This document shows positions 40,466 to 52,545 of a DNA stretch of 64,000 nt, piece after piece. Numbering within the stretch: the stretch's first letter is position 1; the number at the start of each line of letters is the position of its first letter. The notes under the pieces were generated by a model, which saw only the letters and a list, made by a program, of their open reading frames with translations, was not told the origin of the DNA and searched no databases. The position numbers and the translations under genes are program-made. The stretch lies in contig OZ024742.1 in the NCBI GenBank assembly GCA_964016885.1, positions 42,346,001 to 42,410,000 on the forward strand, written 5' to 3'. This DNA is from Eledone cirrhosa (lineage: Eukaryota).

Positions 40466-41769
40466 CTGTGATAAAAAAAATAAAATTCAATTAACCCTTT
40501 TTATAACAAAAACCAGCTTTAGTTTTGCTATAAAAGACTTTTTTACATCGACTTTTTCATACTTGCATGGGTTGGATGAGTCCTCTTCAGCTCAGCCTCC
40601 TTCCACTCAGCATTCCTTCATAATCAAGATTCTGTGTTTTGAGATCAACTGAAGCCACCTCTGCTCAAGTCTTCCTTTACCGAAGTTTCTTTTCACTATC
40701 ATTACCTGGCACTTCTTCACCCAGCATTCCTGATCCATATATAACACATATCCAACCAGCACAGTCTTCTCTCTTGCACATCTGAACTTTTCTCTTAGTT
40801 CATCCACACCCTAATATTGCACATCTAAAAACCTCCCATCATAATTTTATGTGAGAACCTTTGTTAAGTTATGTTCCGAACATCAACTTAATAATGAAAG
40901 AGTAAGTTCTGTTACAAAATCTTTCCAAATTCTTGATTATTTTCACAATTATTTGAAAATCATAGACAGTGTCTTTCATTAGAAATATGCTAATGAAAGG
41001 GTTAACAATGCTATGTAAAAATTTTAACAAACTTTGTTTATAGATAACAAAAAAAAAGAAAAAGAAGGTTGGGAGAAACTGAGAGGAGAAACTCACCACT
41101 CTAAGCTACATTCCATGGATATGATGATAAAAGTGTTACTGTGGAAACAAGTCAGCAATACATGCTGCATCAGCCATTCTATATTGTGGGACTTCTTCCA
41201 CAAGCATGATGCCCTTATCTTGATTTGGTAAAATAAAATGGTTGTTTAGGGACCAAAGATGCCAGAAGTTTCAATGGCAACCACTACAAAAAGGATTTTC
41301 TCAGTCAATGTCTGGCATTTGATTAACCCTTTTGATACCAACCCACCTGAAAACACCAATCTAAACCTATCTTAGCCCATAGTTTTATTATACACAACTG
41401 CTCATTTTAAAATGTTTCTACTTATATTAAACTGTTCCATTATAATCCTTACGGGGTCGATAAAATAAAGTACCAGTAATATACTGGGATAATTGCTGGC
41501 CTTGTGCCAAAAGTAGAAACAATTATAACGTTATTTAAGAAATTTTTGCTAAGTAATGTTTCAAACATCAGCTTACTCATGAAAAGTTATTCAATTCTTC
41601 AAATTTTCAAAATTAATTGAAACACATAAGCAGTATATTTCATTAGAAATACAGTAATGAAAGGATTAATAAAGTAAAGTGTAGGATTCCAATAAGAGAA
41701 ATATTAATGGAAACAGTTTTTTTACCCTGTCTAATGAGTGAGTCCTTTCCACCTTTTATGTATAGTAAA

Positions 41770-42140
41770 CTCAGTAACCAAGTCATTGGAAATGCTGAAT
41801 ATTCTGAGTGATAAATAACCAAGCATCTTTACAGACAACACCTAATATAATGCTAAGACAAGCCATCAATAACGACAAGAACTTCATTGTTAAAGGCCCA
41901 GCTCCTCCAAATATCACAAGTTTAAAAATCTGGTTTGCCAATAATTCCTGGTATTTTAGAATGTTATTCTACTCTACAGGTGCAGGGATTCTCACCTTCA
42001 TCACAGCATCCTGGGTGTAGGAAGGGACAAAAAAGTTGCTAACTGTGGAATCCCATATAAGACATCTATCACTTACCCAAGGGCAAAGGGTAAGATGATC
42101 TGGCTCCAGAATTGAGAGGATATTGACTCGAGCCTGGGTC
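41770..42140 (-). mobile_element. CRE-like RLE fragment, second copy
   Basis: EPDHLTLCPW..DRCLIWDSTV (RPDG.T..PW..G..L.WD.TV); DNA similarity to 40120-40240. Confidence 0.6.
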
Positions 42141-42304
42141 TATGAAATTCAATATCAGAATACTGAAACATTATTAGTCTCCCTTAATGAAATATTTCAT
42201 AATTCATCACAATAAAATAGTAAAATACATTTTATTACCCATTATACTATCTATTTGAAAATAGTAGTAATCATAATATGTTATCAAAATAAATGTGTTC
42301 TTAC

Positions 42305-42387
42305 CATTTTCTTAATTTGTTCTATGAAATCATCCATTCGAATATTACTTGGAAGTGTTTGCAACATGATATGTGATGTTCGGTAAA
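42305..42387 (-). CDS. SLC30A1-like: SLC30/ZnT1-like, coding exon 4
   Basis: Acceptor tttgtag|, FYRTSHIMLQTLPSNIRMDDFIEQIKKM (ILLQTVP motif), donor |gtaag, phases compatible. Confidence 0.87.
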
Positions 42388-42927
42388 CTACAAAAAACCA
42401 TAGTATGTGAAACCAAATAAGTTTTGAAAAGAAAATTAAATGATACAAACATGATAAAATGTATACATCAATCAATTGAGCAGAGTTGTTAGAGCATCAC
42501 ATAGAAAGTGCTGCGATATTTGTTCCAGCATTCTGTGCTCTACATTTAAATCCTGCTGAAGTCCACATTACTTTTCATCAGAGGTAATAAAGAGGGGACT
42601 GTCTGGTACAGCCCTCTCTTCCTCTAGTTGTCACATCTTTGATGTTCTACTGACCCAACACTAACACTATTTATATTTACTGGACCAGTAAAATAAGCTT
42701 GAAAAGCATGTTTGTCTATTTTACCGGGACTGGCAAAGTAACCTATTTGAATATTATTCCCCTTTCCCAGCAAGTTGGCTTCTTGTGGAAAATAATTGAC
42801 CGAAAAATGTGATCATGAACATTCTCAAACACCAATTGTAATATATTCATGACATTTCATACTCTGCTGTAAGTCCAAATAACAATTGGAAAATAAAGTA
42901 ATACATATTATTATTATTATTATTTGA

Positions 42928-43112
42928 GGGCGGTGGATTTGCAGTATCGGTAGAGAATCAGACACCATGCTTTGTAGTATAGAGTTACGGCCCTTTATGA
43001 TATGAATTCAAATCCTGCCGAGGTATCTTTGCCTTTCATCCTTATGGGGTCGTTAAAATAAAGCACCAGTAATGTACTGGGATCTTTCCCCTCCCCCAAA
43101 TTATTATCATTA
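42928..43112 (+). mobile_element. tRNA-derived SINE abutting the long hairpin
   Basis: Family consensus head and body. Confidence 0.82.
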
Positions 43113-43113
43113 T

Positions 43114-43335
43114 TTGAATACATATAAAAATAAGAAAACTCATTACTAGAACAGCCATTAAAACAGCTGAATGTTGTCAAAGACAGCGATGGGCAAAAAC
43201 GCCTCAAAGGACAGAGACCACTGGCGGCTGGTCTCTGTCCTCTGAGGCGTCTTTGCCCATCGCTGTCTTTGACAGCATTTAACTGTTGTAATGGCTGTTC
43301 TAGTAATGAGTTTTCTCATTTTTATATGTATTCAA
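43114..43335. repeat. Long inverted repeat (107-bp arms, 8-nt loop)
   Basis: 43114-43220 matches the reverse complement of 43229-43335 with 7 substitutions and no indels. Confidence 0.97.
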
Positions 43336-43581
43336 TCAAAGACACTCTCACTTTGTCTCAGAGACAACATTGTTTTTTTGTTATTATTTTCAAAATTATT
43401 ATTCATATCTTTATTTTGTATAAGCATCATGAAATTTGAAATTATGGAACAAAATCGATGACAAGAGAATTTTAAACCTAATAAAACAAGTTTGATTGTT
43501 ACATTTTAAATAACCTTAACTATGGAACAAGTTGAAAGGCATAATCGAAAATTTTAACATAACTGAGACTGTTATAATTGA

Positions 43582-43773
43582 AATAATTGTTTCTACTTTA
43601 GGCACAAGGCCAGCAAATACCCAGTACATTACTGGTACTTTATTTTATCGACCCCATAAGGATGAAAGGCAAAGTTAACCTCGTCGCGATTTGAACTCAG
43701 ACTGTAAAGGGACGTAACTATGCTAGAAAGCATGGCGTCCAACCCTCTACCGATACTACCAATTCACCGCCCT
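43582..43773 (-). mobile_element. tRNA-derived SINE, full-length
   Basis: Reverse complement of the 32082 family consensus. Confidence 0.88.
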
Positions 43774-44153
43774 ATAACTGTTAAAACTGAAATAATGATA
43801 TGCATTAAAACATTAACCTTTTAGCATTTAAACCAGCCATATACGGCCAGAATTCTCTCACCTCTTTATGTTCAAACTGGCTATAACCAGTCACTCATAC
43901 TGATGTTAAGGTATTGTTCTCAAAATAAATAATATCAAAATATCGATATTATGTCAGATAATTATGTGAGGTAAAGTGTTTACTGCAAAAATACAATAGT
44001 ATATATAGAGTAATGTAAATGGTAAAGAAAATTTATAAAACATGAAATTTTCATGGGTCAAGTTAATATTCTAACTAGAATACTGTATAATGCCTTATAA
44101 GGAATGGAGATGTACCCTCCACCCACCAGAAAAAAAAAGAAATGTTTACTTAC

Positions 44154-44351
44154 ATAATGGTAAATTGGTGAGTGTAATCAAAGAAATAATACAGATAGAA
44201 ATCAAAGGATCGGCATAGTGGCACCAATGACCTTCTCCAAAGATACTCAGAAGTCCGCTCAAAATTAGACCAAGTGATGCTAAGTTATTCCCAATCTCGT
44301 GAACAATAAGTTCATGTAAATAGGCTTGTTGTTTCTTTGTTTGAAACTGGC
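44154..44351 (-). CDS. SLC30A1-like: SLC30/ZnT1-like, coding exon 3 (TM5-TM6)
   Basis: Acceptor ttacag|, LIVHEIGNNLASLGLILSG...WCHYADPLISICI (canonical FLHVLGDALGS...YLDP), donor t|gtaagt. Confidence 0.88.
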
Positions 44352-46119
44352 CTGTAATACAATGGTAAGAACAATATAAATAAGAAAAAAACATAAAATA
44401 ACATAACAGAAGAATAAGGAGAAGGAGGAGGAGGAAAAAAGAAGAAGAAGAAGAAGGAAGATTATATCAACAACAACAAAGATTTCTCACATTAGCTCAA
44501 GGTCAGCAATTTAGGCAAAGAGAAACTTGATGATATCACCCCCAATACTTGACTGATATGTTGTTTATCAATCCTAGAAGGATGAAAGGTAAAGTTGATC
44601 CCAGTGTGAACAATAATTACAATATTTTCTTCAAATAGAGACAATACTAAAATTTGGTGAGGAGTGGTTAGTTGAGTAACTGACCCCAGTATTTGACTGG
44701 TACATTATTTCATCAACCAAGGTTGATTTCAGACTAAACAATACAACTAGTGTTTACTTTAACCCTTTTGATACCAAACTGTCCGAAACTGCCCCTGATT
44801 TTATGATACAAAATTGTCCATTTTAAAGTCTTTTTACTTATAATTAAAACCTTCCAACATAATTTGATATAAATTGTCTTTTTTGAAGCTATGCCCCAAA
44901 CATCATATGACTAGTGAAAAAGGCTAATTATTTAACTTGTAGCAAGCTACTTTCCTTTGGCACATTGATAGGCTGTCCGTGTGTGGTTTGGCTAAGTCAG
45001 GCCAATCGTGAGCTGCGCACGGATATGCATTTTTAACTTCCGCCTAAACTGAGACTTTTCCGCTACTTTCAATAAACTCGATTTCTTTGTGCTTCAACTG
45101 TGGAAAGGTAAACAACCGTTTTTCTTTTGCTGTGAACCACTAGCCAATATGTAACACCACAGCATAACCATGGGCCTGGCTAACACCTCAGCCAGTGGAC
45201 CGTGCCTAATTAAAATCTTAATTAGTTTGTTTCATTTGTTTGGCATGTCAGCTCTACTCACCTCAACCTTTGTGAATAAATTATGTAAAAACATGCTAAA
45301 ATCTTGTGATGCTATTTACCACAACCATTGCCTTTAAATGTGATATGGAAAGATTCTTTCCAGAGTTATCTTCACAGCAGCAACAGAATCTGAGACTTAC
45401 AGCCGAAACCTCAATTCAACTTACATTTGTTGATATAACAAACCATACCTTTCCTGCTACAACAAAATACATATTGTCTTTGACATTATTATTATTGTCG
45501 TTGATATTATTCTTACATGGTATAATATCATTTAACAGCTAAACTAGTGACTATTAAATGCTTGCCATATTGGTGACCTCTGTTGATACACAATACAAAA
45601 ATACAAATAACAAATATCATTATAAATTTATTGCTAAAAACTAAATTCTTCCAAATTTTTGATTATTTTTAAGATTAATTAAAACACACTAGCAGTGTTT
45701 TTTCATTTTACGTTACTTCAGTATACTCAGCTGAAAATGAGTACCATCAATAGCTGTGGGTTTAACCCTGCGATGGACTGGGGTCCTGTCCAGTGGGGAG
45801 TCTTGTACAGACCTATATGATGGGGCAGAGACTTGCATCTTGCTTCTATATGATCCCACACCAGGAAAGTTGTTATGTCTTTGACACAGCTCAAGGCTTT
45901 TAATAGTAGGCTGGTTTTCTATGGTTGGATGGCCTTCTTATCACCAACCACTTTAAAGAGTGTACTGGGTGCATTTAACATAAAAATCACCAACACTAGG
46001 GAGGTTGTTGTGTCTTTGACACAACAGAAGGATCCTTCTGAGATTTATATATACATAGTATATTTATATATACATAGTATATTATCAATGTACTATTGAC
46101 AGATATTATTGTAATATAA

Positions 46120-46310
46120 AGGCATGGATTGGCAGTATCGGTAGAGGGTCGGACGCCATGCTTTCCAGCATAGTTACGTCCCTTTACGATCTGAGTTCAA
46201 ATCCCGCCAAGGTTGACTTTGCCTTTCATCCTTACAGGGTCGATAAAATAAAGTACCAGTAATGCACTGGGTAATTGCTGGTCTTGTGTCTAAAGTAGAA
46301 ACAATTATTG
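46120..46310 (+). mobile_element. tRNA-derived SINE, full-length
   Basis: Family consensus, flanked by an ATTATTGTAATAT duplication. Confidence 0.88.
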
Positions 46311-46775
46311 TAATATTACAGTAATGAATAAGGATGGTGGATTGTCAGAATTGGTAGAGCATCAGATAAAATGCCATTGTGCATTTATTCTGGCTTTTTA
46401 CATTCTGAATTCAAATTCCATTGAGGTCAACTTTGCCATTCATCCTTCCTCTTGCTGAAAACATTTATGGTTTCTAATTTAGGAACAAAGTTAAACATTT
46501 TACAGGGGAAAGGTAAAGTTGATTATACCAAATTTAGTACTTTATTTTTACTTTCTTTTATCGACCCCAGGAGGATGATATGCAAAGTTGACTCAAAACA
46601 TAAAAATCAGGAATATATACCTTGAAGCATTTTGCCTGACATTATAATTATGCTGCCAATCCCCCCGCAATAAAATGTTGCACCAGTGATTCGCCAATAA
46701 GACACTGATGACAGTAACAAATCAACTGGCCTTGACTCTCAGGCATCTATTTATAAATTCGAGTGACTTCCCTCT

Positions 46776-47630
46776 GTCACACACTAGAGATGACTGAGGA
46801 AAGAGGGGGTGATAAAGTCACACACTAGAGATGACTGAGGAAAGAGGGGGTGATAAAGTCACGCACTAGAGATGACTGAGGAAAGAGGGGGTGATAAAGT
46901 CACGCACTAGAGATGACTGAGGAAAGAGGGGGTGATAAAGTCACACACTAGAGATGACTGAGGAAAGAGGGGGTGATAAAGTCACACACTAGAGATGACT
47001 GAGGAAAGAGGGGGTGATAAAGTCACACACTAGAGATGACTGAGGAAAGAGGGGGTGATAAAGTCACGCACTAGAGATGACTGAGGAAAGAGGGGGTGAT
47101 AAAGTCACGCACTAGAGATGACTGAGGAAAGAGGGGGTGATAAAGTCACACACTAGAGATGACTGAGGAAAGAGGGGGTGATAAAGTCACACACTAGAGA
47201 TGACTGAGGAAAGAGGGGGTGATAAAGTCACACACTAGAGATGACTGAGGAAAGAGGGGGTGATAAAGTCACGCACTAGAGATGACTGAGGAAAGAGGGG
47301 GTGATAAAGTCACGCACTAGAGATGACTGAGGAAAGAGGGGGTGATAAAGTCACACACTAGAGATGACTGAGGAAAGAGGGGGTGATAAAGTCACGCACT
47401 AGAGATGACTGAGGAAAGAGGGGGTGATAAAGTCACGCACTAGAGATGACTGAGGAAAGAGGGGGTGATAAAGTCACGCACTAGAGATGACTGAGGAAGG
47501 GGTGATGACGTCATTAGAGATGATTGAGGAAGGAAGGGGTGATGAAGTCACACACTAAAGATGACTGAGGAAGGAAGGGGTGATGATGTCACATACTAGA
47601 GATGATTGAGGAAGGAAGGGGTAATGACAA
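46776..47630. repeat. 41-bp minisatellite (~21 copies), SLC30 intron
   Basis: GTCAC(A/G)CACTAGAGATGACTGAGGAAAGAGGGGGTGATAAA in tandem; last ~4 units diverged. Confidence 0.97.
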
Positions 47631-47859
47631 ACCACAGAAAACAACGTCTAACATTCAATACACTAGTGTGTTTGTGTGAATATATGTGTGTTTGTGTGAA
47701 TGTATGTTTGTAAGTGTGTCTGTGTTTGTGCGTTTATATTTATATACTCATACATATAAATGTATGCATATGCGCATACACACATGCACACACATATATA
47801 CACATATGTCAATGTGTTGAAAAAAATTCTAGTAATTCATATTGTTTATGTTTACTTAC

Positions 47860-48208
47860 ACGAAATAAGTTTTTCTTCTGTTCGAGAATTTTTGGAGGAA
47901 TAGCATAAACTGTTGTATACAGAATCCTTGTCTTCCTCATCATTTTTCTGTTTCTTACTCTTCCGCCTGATCTTGTACCGTCTCACAACAAGACTTATCA
48001 AAAGAGTGAAGTTGAAAGCAAATCCAATGCCTCCCATAATAACAATTATACGAGGCTGTTTGAGTTCTTCTGTTGATATTAGACGTTTCACTGCATGACT
48101 GATGGTGGATAGTGAAAGAGCTAAAGCGAATACAGAATTGGTAAATCCACCAAGAACATAGCTACGTCCATGACCATAGGTGTTTTTCTCCTTTCTACTT
48201 GTAGCTGT
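47860..48208 (-). CDS. SLC30A1-like: SLC30/ZnT1-like, coding exon 2 (TM3-TM4 and cytosolic loop)
   Basis: Acceptor caatag|, KNTYGHGRSYVLGGFTNSVFALALS...AVKRLIS...IVIMGGIGFAFN (CDF NTFGW.RAEVLGALVN motif), donor t|gtaagt, phase 1. Confidence 0.88.
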
Positions 48209-48734
48209 CTATTGAATATACAGATACAGAGAAATAAAAAAAATAGTGAAACATGTTTAATTATCTGTCAAGTTAAATACATATATTCCTTCACAATATC
48301 TTTAACATTATTTCATAAACAGGGTCTTTCATACACATTGATTTAATGTTTTTTGGGAAGTCTACTGGTTTATATCATAGTTTGGAAAAGTTTAAATTAT
48401 TATAAGTAAAGCATTTTTTTCTTAGAGTAGCGAATTGGCAGTGTTGTTAGAATGTCAGAGGGAATGCTTTATGCTATTAATTTTGGTACTCTGACTTCAA
48501 ATTCCTCCGATGTTAATTTTGCTTTTAATCCTTATAAAGTCGATAAATAAATTACCAGTCCAATTGAGTCTTGGAGTCAATTCTCACTCTCTGGAAGAAA
48601 TCTACCCTCTTCAGACCTATAGAGGAATGGGCTCTACCAGGTTTAATCCTTTAGCATATAAACTGGACATATCTGGCCAGGGCTCTCTCACCTCTTTCTG
48701 TTCAAACCAGCCATAACCAGCTGCTCATACTTAT

Positions 48735-51700
48735 ATCATCATCATCATCATTTTACGTCCGCTTTTCCCTGCTTGCAAGGGTGGGACGGGTCTTATTCAG
48801 CACAGCATCTCTCCACTCGTCACGGTCCCTCGTCATCTCCACCGTGAGCTTCAATGATCTGAGGTCTGTTCTCACCACCTCCACCCATGTTTTTCGTGGT
48901 CTACCTCTACCACGTCTTCCTTCAACTGGCAATTCTTGGCACTTCACCCATCGGTCATCCTCCATGCGCATCACATGTCCATACCACCTCAGTCTCCTCT
49001 CCCGTACACTACATTCTATCCCTCTCAGACAGTTTCTCTCACAACACATTTATGCTGGGTCGTTCACGCACATCCAACGGAGCATGCTTGCCTCATTTCT
49101 CTCCAGCCGTCGCATATCCTCTGCAGTTGCTGTCCATGTCTCACTACCATGCAGCATCGCGCTCCTCACACAGGCATCATACAACCGGCCTTTCGTATGC
49201 AGGGAGAAACCCTTCTTCGTCAACAGAGGAAGCAGCTCCCTAAACTTCTTCCAACCCGTCCTTATTCCAGATACTATGGCCTCGGAACACCCTCATCCCA
49301 TGCTAATCTGATCTCCTAGGTACCGGAAGCTATCCACCACTTCTATAGCGCCCTCTTGCATTTGAAAAATGTGTCTATCAGTGCGACTTCTACTGTCTAA
49401 TTTCCCTGTACATCTACTGCATACATATTTCTCCCTACCTGTTAGTTTGCCTGCTATCCCGCTACATCTCTTGTGTACCCAGGATCTGCATTGTGTGCAT
49501 TTTATAGAATTTATGCCAATTCCTTTTCTGCATATCGAACATGGCCATTTCCCTGACGGAATCAGGGTTTTGTCCTCTTTCCTACTCATCAACATTGCCT
49601 CATTAGCTAGATTCACTCTCAGTCCTCTTGCTTCCAACTGCTGTTTCCATAGCCAGAATTTATTCTCTAGCTCCTCTACTGATTCTGCTATAAGAACCAG
49701 ATCGTCAGCATAGAGAAGTTCCCATGGACAGCCAGTCTTAAACTCCTCTGTTATGGCTTGGAGGACTATAATGAACAAGAGCGGGCTGAGGACCGAACCC
49801 TGATGTACTCCTACTTGTATCTGGAATTCCTCACTAAACTCCATTCCTACCCTGACTTTACTGAGAGTACCTCTGTACAAAGTTTGCACTGTCCTCACAA
49901 GCCATTCCTCAACACCTAGCTTCCTTAGGGACCACCAGATGACAGATCGGGGTACCCTATCAAAGGCCTTCTCTAGGTCAACAAAGGCTAAGTATAGTGG
50001 CTTATTCTTCTCTAAGAACCTCTCTTGCAATTGTCTCACCAAGAAGAAGGCATCTGTTGTACTCTTCCCAGGCACAAAACCAAACTGCATCTCATCTAGT
50101 TTGACCCTTTCTCTAATTAGTTGTGCTAAAATCCTTTCTGCCACTTTCATAACCTGTTCTATCAGTTTTATACCCCTATAATTGCTCCTCTCCAAAGCAT
50201 CCCCTTTACCTTTGTAGCAATTTATGAGAATACTGCTGCACCAGTCTTTGGGTATGACACCACCATATATAGCCTGATTGATGATGCGTGCAACCAGTTT
50301 AGTGCCTACGTCCCCTGATGCCTTCAGCATCTCAGCAACTATTCCCGATGGTCCGGCAGCCTTACCATTTTTCATTTCCCTAATCGCCTCTTGGACCCTA
50401 TATTCGTCAATCTCAATAGCTGGTCCCTCTGTCGGATCCACCAAGGGTAATTTCTCTCTCTCCCATTCGTTCTCCACATTCATCAGTCTCTCATAATGAC
50501 ATTTCCAGGCCTCCTTTTTCTGATCATTCGTGACACTAAGTACACCGGCATCATCCCGGACACATTTATCTCCAACAACATCCTGATTTGCATTGACACA
50601 CTGCCTTGCAATGTGGAACACCGCACGCCTCTGATCTTCCCGTCGCAGAACATTGGCAAACCTCCTACTCTCTGCCTCCCTGCGTGCTAAGTACACCTGA
50701 TGTCTAGCTTCTCTCTTAGTGGCGGTATATTCTTCCCTACTCCCACCTTTTTCCAAGCCTTCCATGCTAGTCTTTTGTCTCTAATAGCCTTATCTACTGT
50801 GCTGTTCCACCACCAGGTCACTCTCTGTCTGGTTGGAGCTCTGCTCCAGCCACAGGTTTCATCAGTAGCCTGCAGCAAATTGTCACGTAAGAAATTCCAG
50901 TTATTATCTATGTCATACGTCTCTAAATCGTCTTCTTTTTCGTCATATACATCTTGAAGGGCTTTCCTAAATTTGTATTTTAGTGAAAGGTCTTTTAGCT
51001 TCCAGACCTTTCTTCTCCACACCTTCCTATATGTCTCATTCCATCTCTTGCTTACTAAGATATCACTAACAACTAACCTATGCTGTGGGGTACATTCTTC
51101 CCCAGGGTATGCCTTGGTATTAGACACTATCTGCCTGTCCCGCTGCCTAACTAGCAGGAAGTCAATCTGGCTTATGTGCTCACCAGATTTGTAGGTTATT
51201 AGGTGATTGGCAGGTTTCTGGAAGTTTGTGTTGCAAATAGTCAATGTACCCGCATCACAAAATTCAAGAAGTCTCACTCCTTCTTCATTTCTTGAACCGT
51301 AACCGTGCCCACCATGTACCCCAGTGTAACCATCCTGGAGCTGTCCAACATGACCATTGAAGTCTCCTGCTAGCATAACAATGTCTCCGTCCTCTGTCAT
51401 TGCGGTTGTTTGCAAAAGTTGCTCATAAAAGCAGTTTTTCTCATCTTTGCCTAGGCCTGCTTGGGGAGCATAGGCCGAGATGATTGTCAGTAGTCTCCTA
51501 ACTATAACTAATCTAAGCTTAATTATTCGATTACTAACTCGAACTACCTCTATTGTCTTATTGATCCATTTCTCAGCCAGGAAAATGCCTACTCCCTCTA
51601 GCCCATCATCCTTACCTACCCAGAATAGCTTATAGCTAAGACGCTTGCCTACGACTAGTCTCGCAGAGGCACCTCTCCATCTCACCTCTTGCACGCAGCA

Positions 51701-51980
51701 CACATCCACCTGCCTTCTCTCCAGCATCTCCGCTATTTCAGCAGATCTACCTCTGAGAGTGCCAACATTAAGTGTTGCAACTCTGAGATGCGACGTCTTC
51801 ATATTTTGTTGTTGTTCCTATTTGTTGCTGTGCTGATAAGCATTTTGGCATTGATACACTGGTTGGATGCCCTTCCTAACACCAGCGCCACTTTACAGCA
51901 TGGACTGGGTGTTTTTATTTGTGCCACCAGCACTAGAGAGGATGTCTTACTAGACTCAAGGGCCCTCTCTACCCCTCCAT
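48735..51980 (-). mobile_element. Near full-length RTE-clade LINE (APE endonuclease + RT) with a few disablements
   Basis: ORF 50687-51802 APE (ATLNVGT, QEVRW, AYAPQ, GDFNGHVG, QIDFLL, QHRL); ORF 49293-50765 RT (DLEKAFD, VHQGSVLSP, YADD); C-terminal RRLRWYGHV; (ATG)n tail at 48735-48751. Frameshift near 50750, stop at 49293, second frameshift near 49045. Confidence 0.95.
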
Positions 51981-52371
51981 TTTACCAAAATATCAAAATT
52001 TTACCATTATATCAAAATAAATAATATCAAAATCTCGTAGATTCGATATTATGAGAGATAATTATGTGAAATAAAGTGTTTACCGTGAAAATACAATAGT
52101 AAATATTGAGTAATATAAATTCTAAAAGGTGAAATGCTGAAGACATGCGGTAATTCATAACAGTACCCCTAAGACAACTATGAGTTCAGAGCCCATGGTT
52201 GTGGCATGGCAAAACATATTGTGTCCACCTCATATGATTGGCACATTATAATGTTTGGTCTTGTAATTTATCACTCTGAAGTTAGCTTTTGTTATAGGTA
52301 GGCACATACATTGAATGGATATCGGGGGCAAAGGAGTGACACAAGAATATTAAAAATATGAAATTACTTAC

Positions 52372-52545
52372 ATGAATTACAATTGAGCTCACACACAATG
52401 CGGCTCCATCAGCAAGTATACGGTATGAATCGATTTCTAAAGCTACGGAATGTGTTATAAAACTGAAGTATTTCTCCACTATAAAATAGGCGAAATGTAT
52501 GATAAATATGAAAATAATTATACATTGGTGACGTTCAAATGACAT
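52372..52545 (-). CDS. SLC30A1-like: SLC30/ZnT cation diffusion facilitator (ZnT1/ZnT10-like), coding exon 1
   Basis: ATG at 52545; FAYFIVE...THSVALEIDSYRILAD matches CDF TM1-TM2 (canonical S.ALL.DSFHMLSD); donor |gtaagt, phase 0. An acceptor at 52679-52680 implies a 5' UTR portion 52546-52678. Confidence 0.88.

Noticed and set aside
45449-45456. 8-nt micro-exon candidate (tag|CAGGAAAG|gtatgg) on -
   Set aside because: Exons 2 and 3 already join in phase, and inclusion would frameshift. There is no transcript evidence.
49293-49295. In-frame TGA as selenocysteine or read-through
   Set aside because: It aligns to Gly (GGA) in the other RTE copies, so it is a simple nonsense mutation.
50687-50765. 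Programmed frameshift between the RTE APE and RT ORFs
   Set aside because: The homologous stretch in the 32290 copy is in one frame, so this is a 1-nt deletion in an A run (decay or sequencing error).
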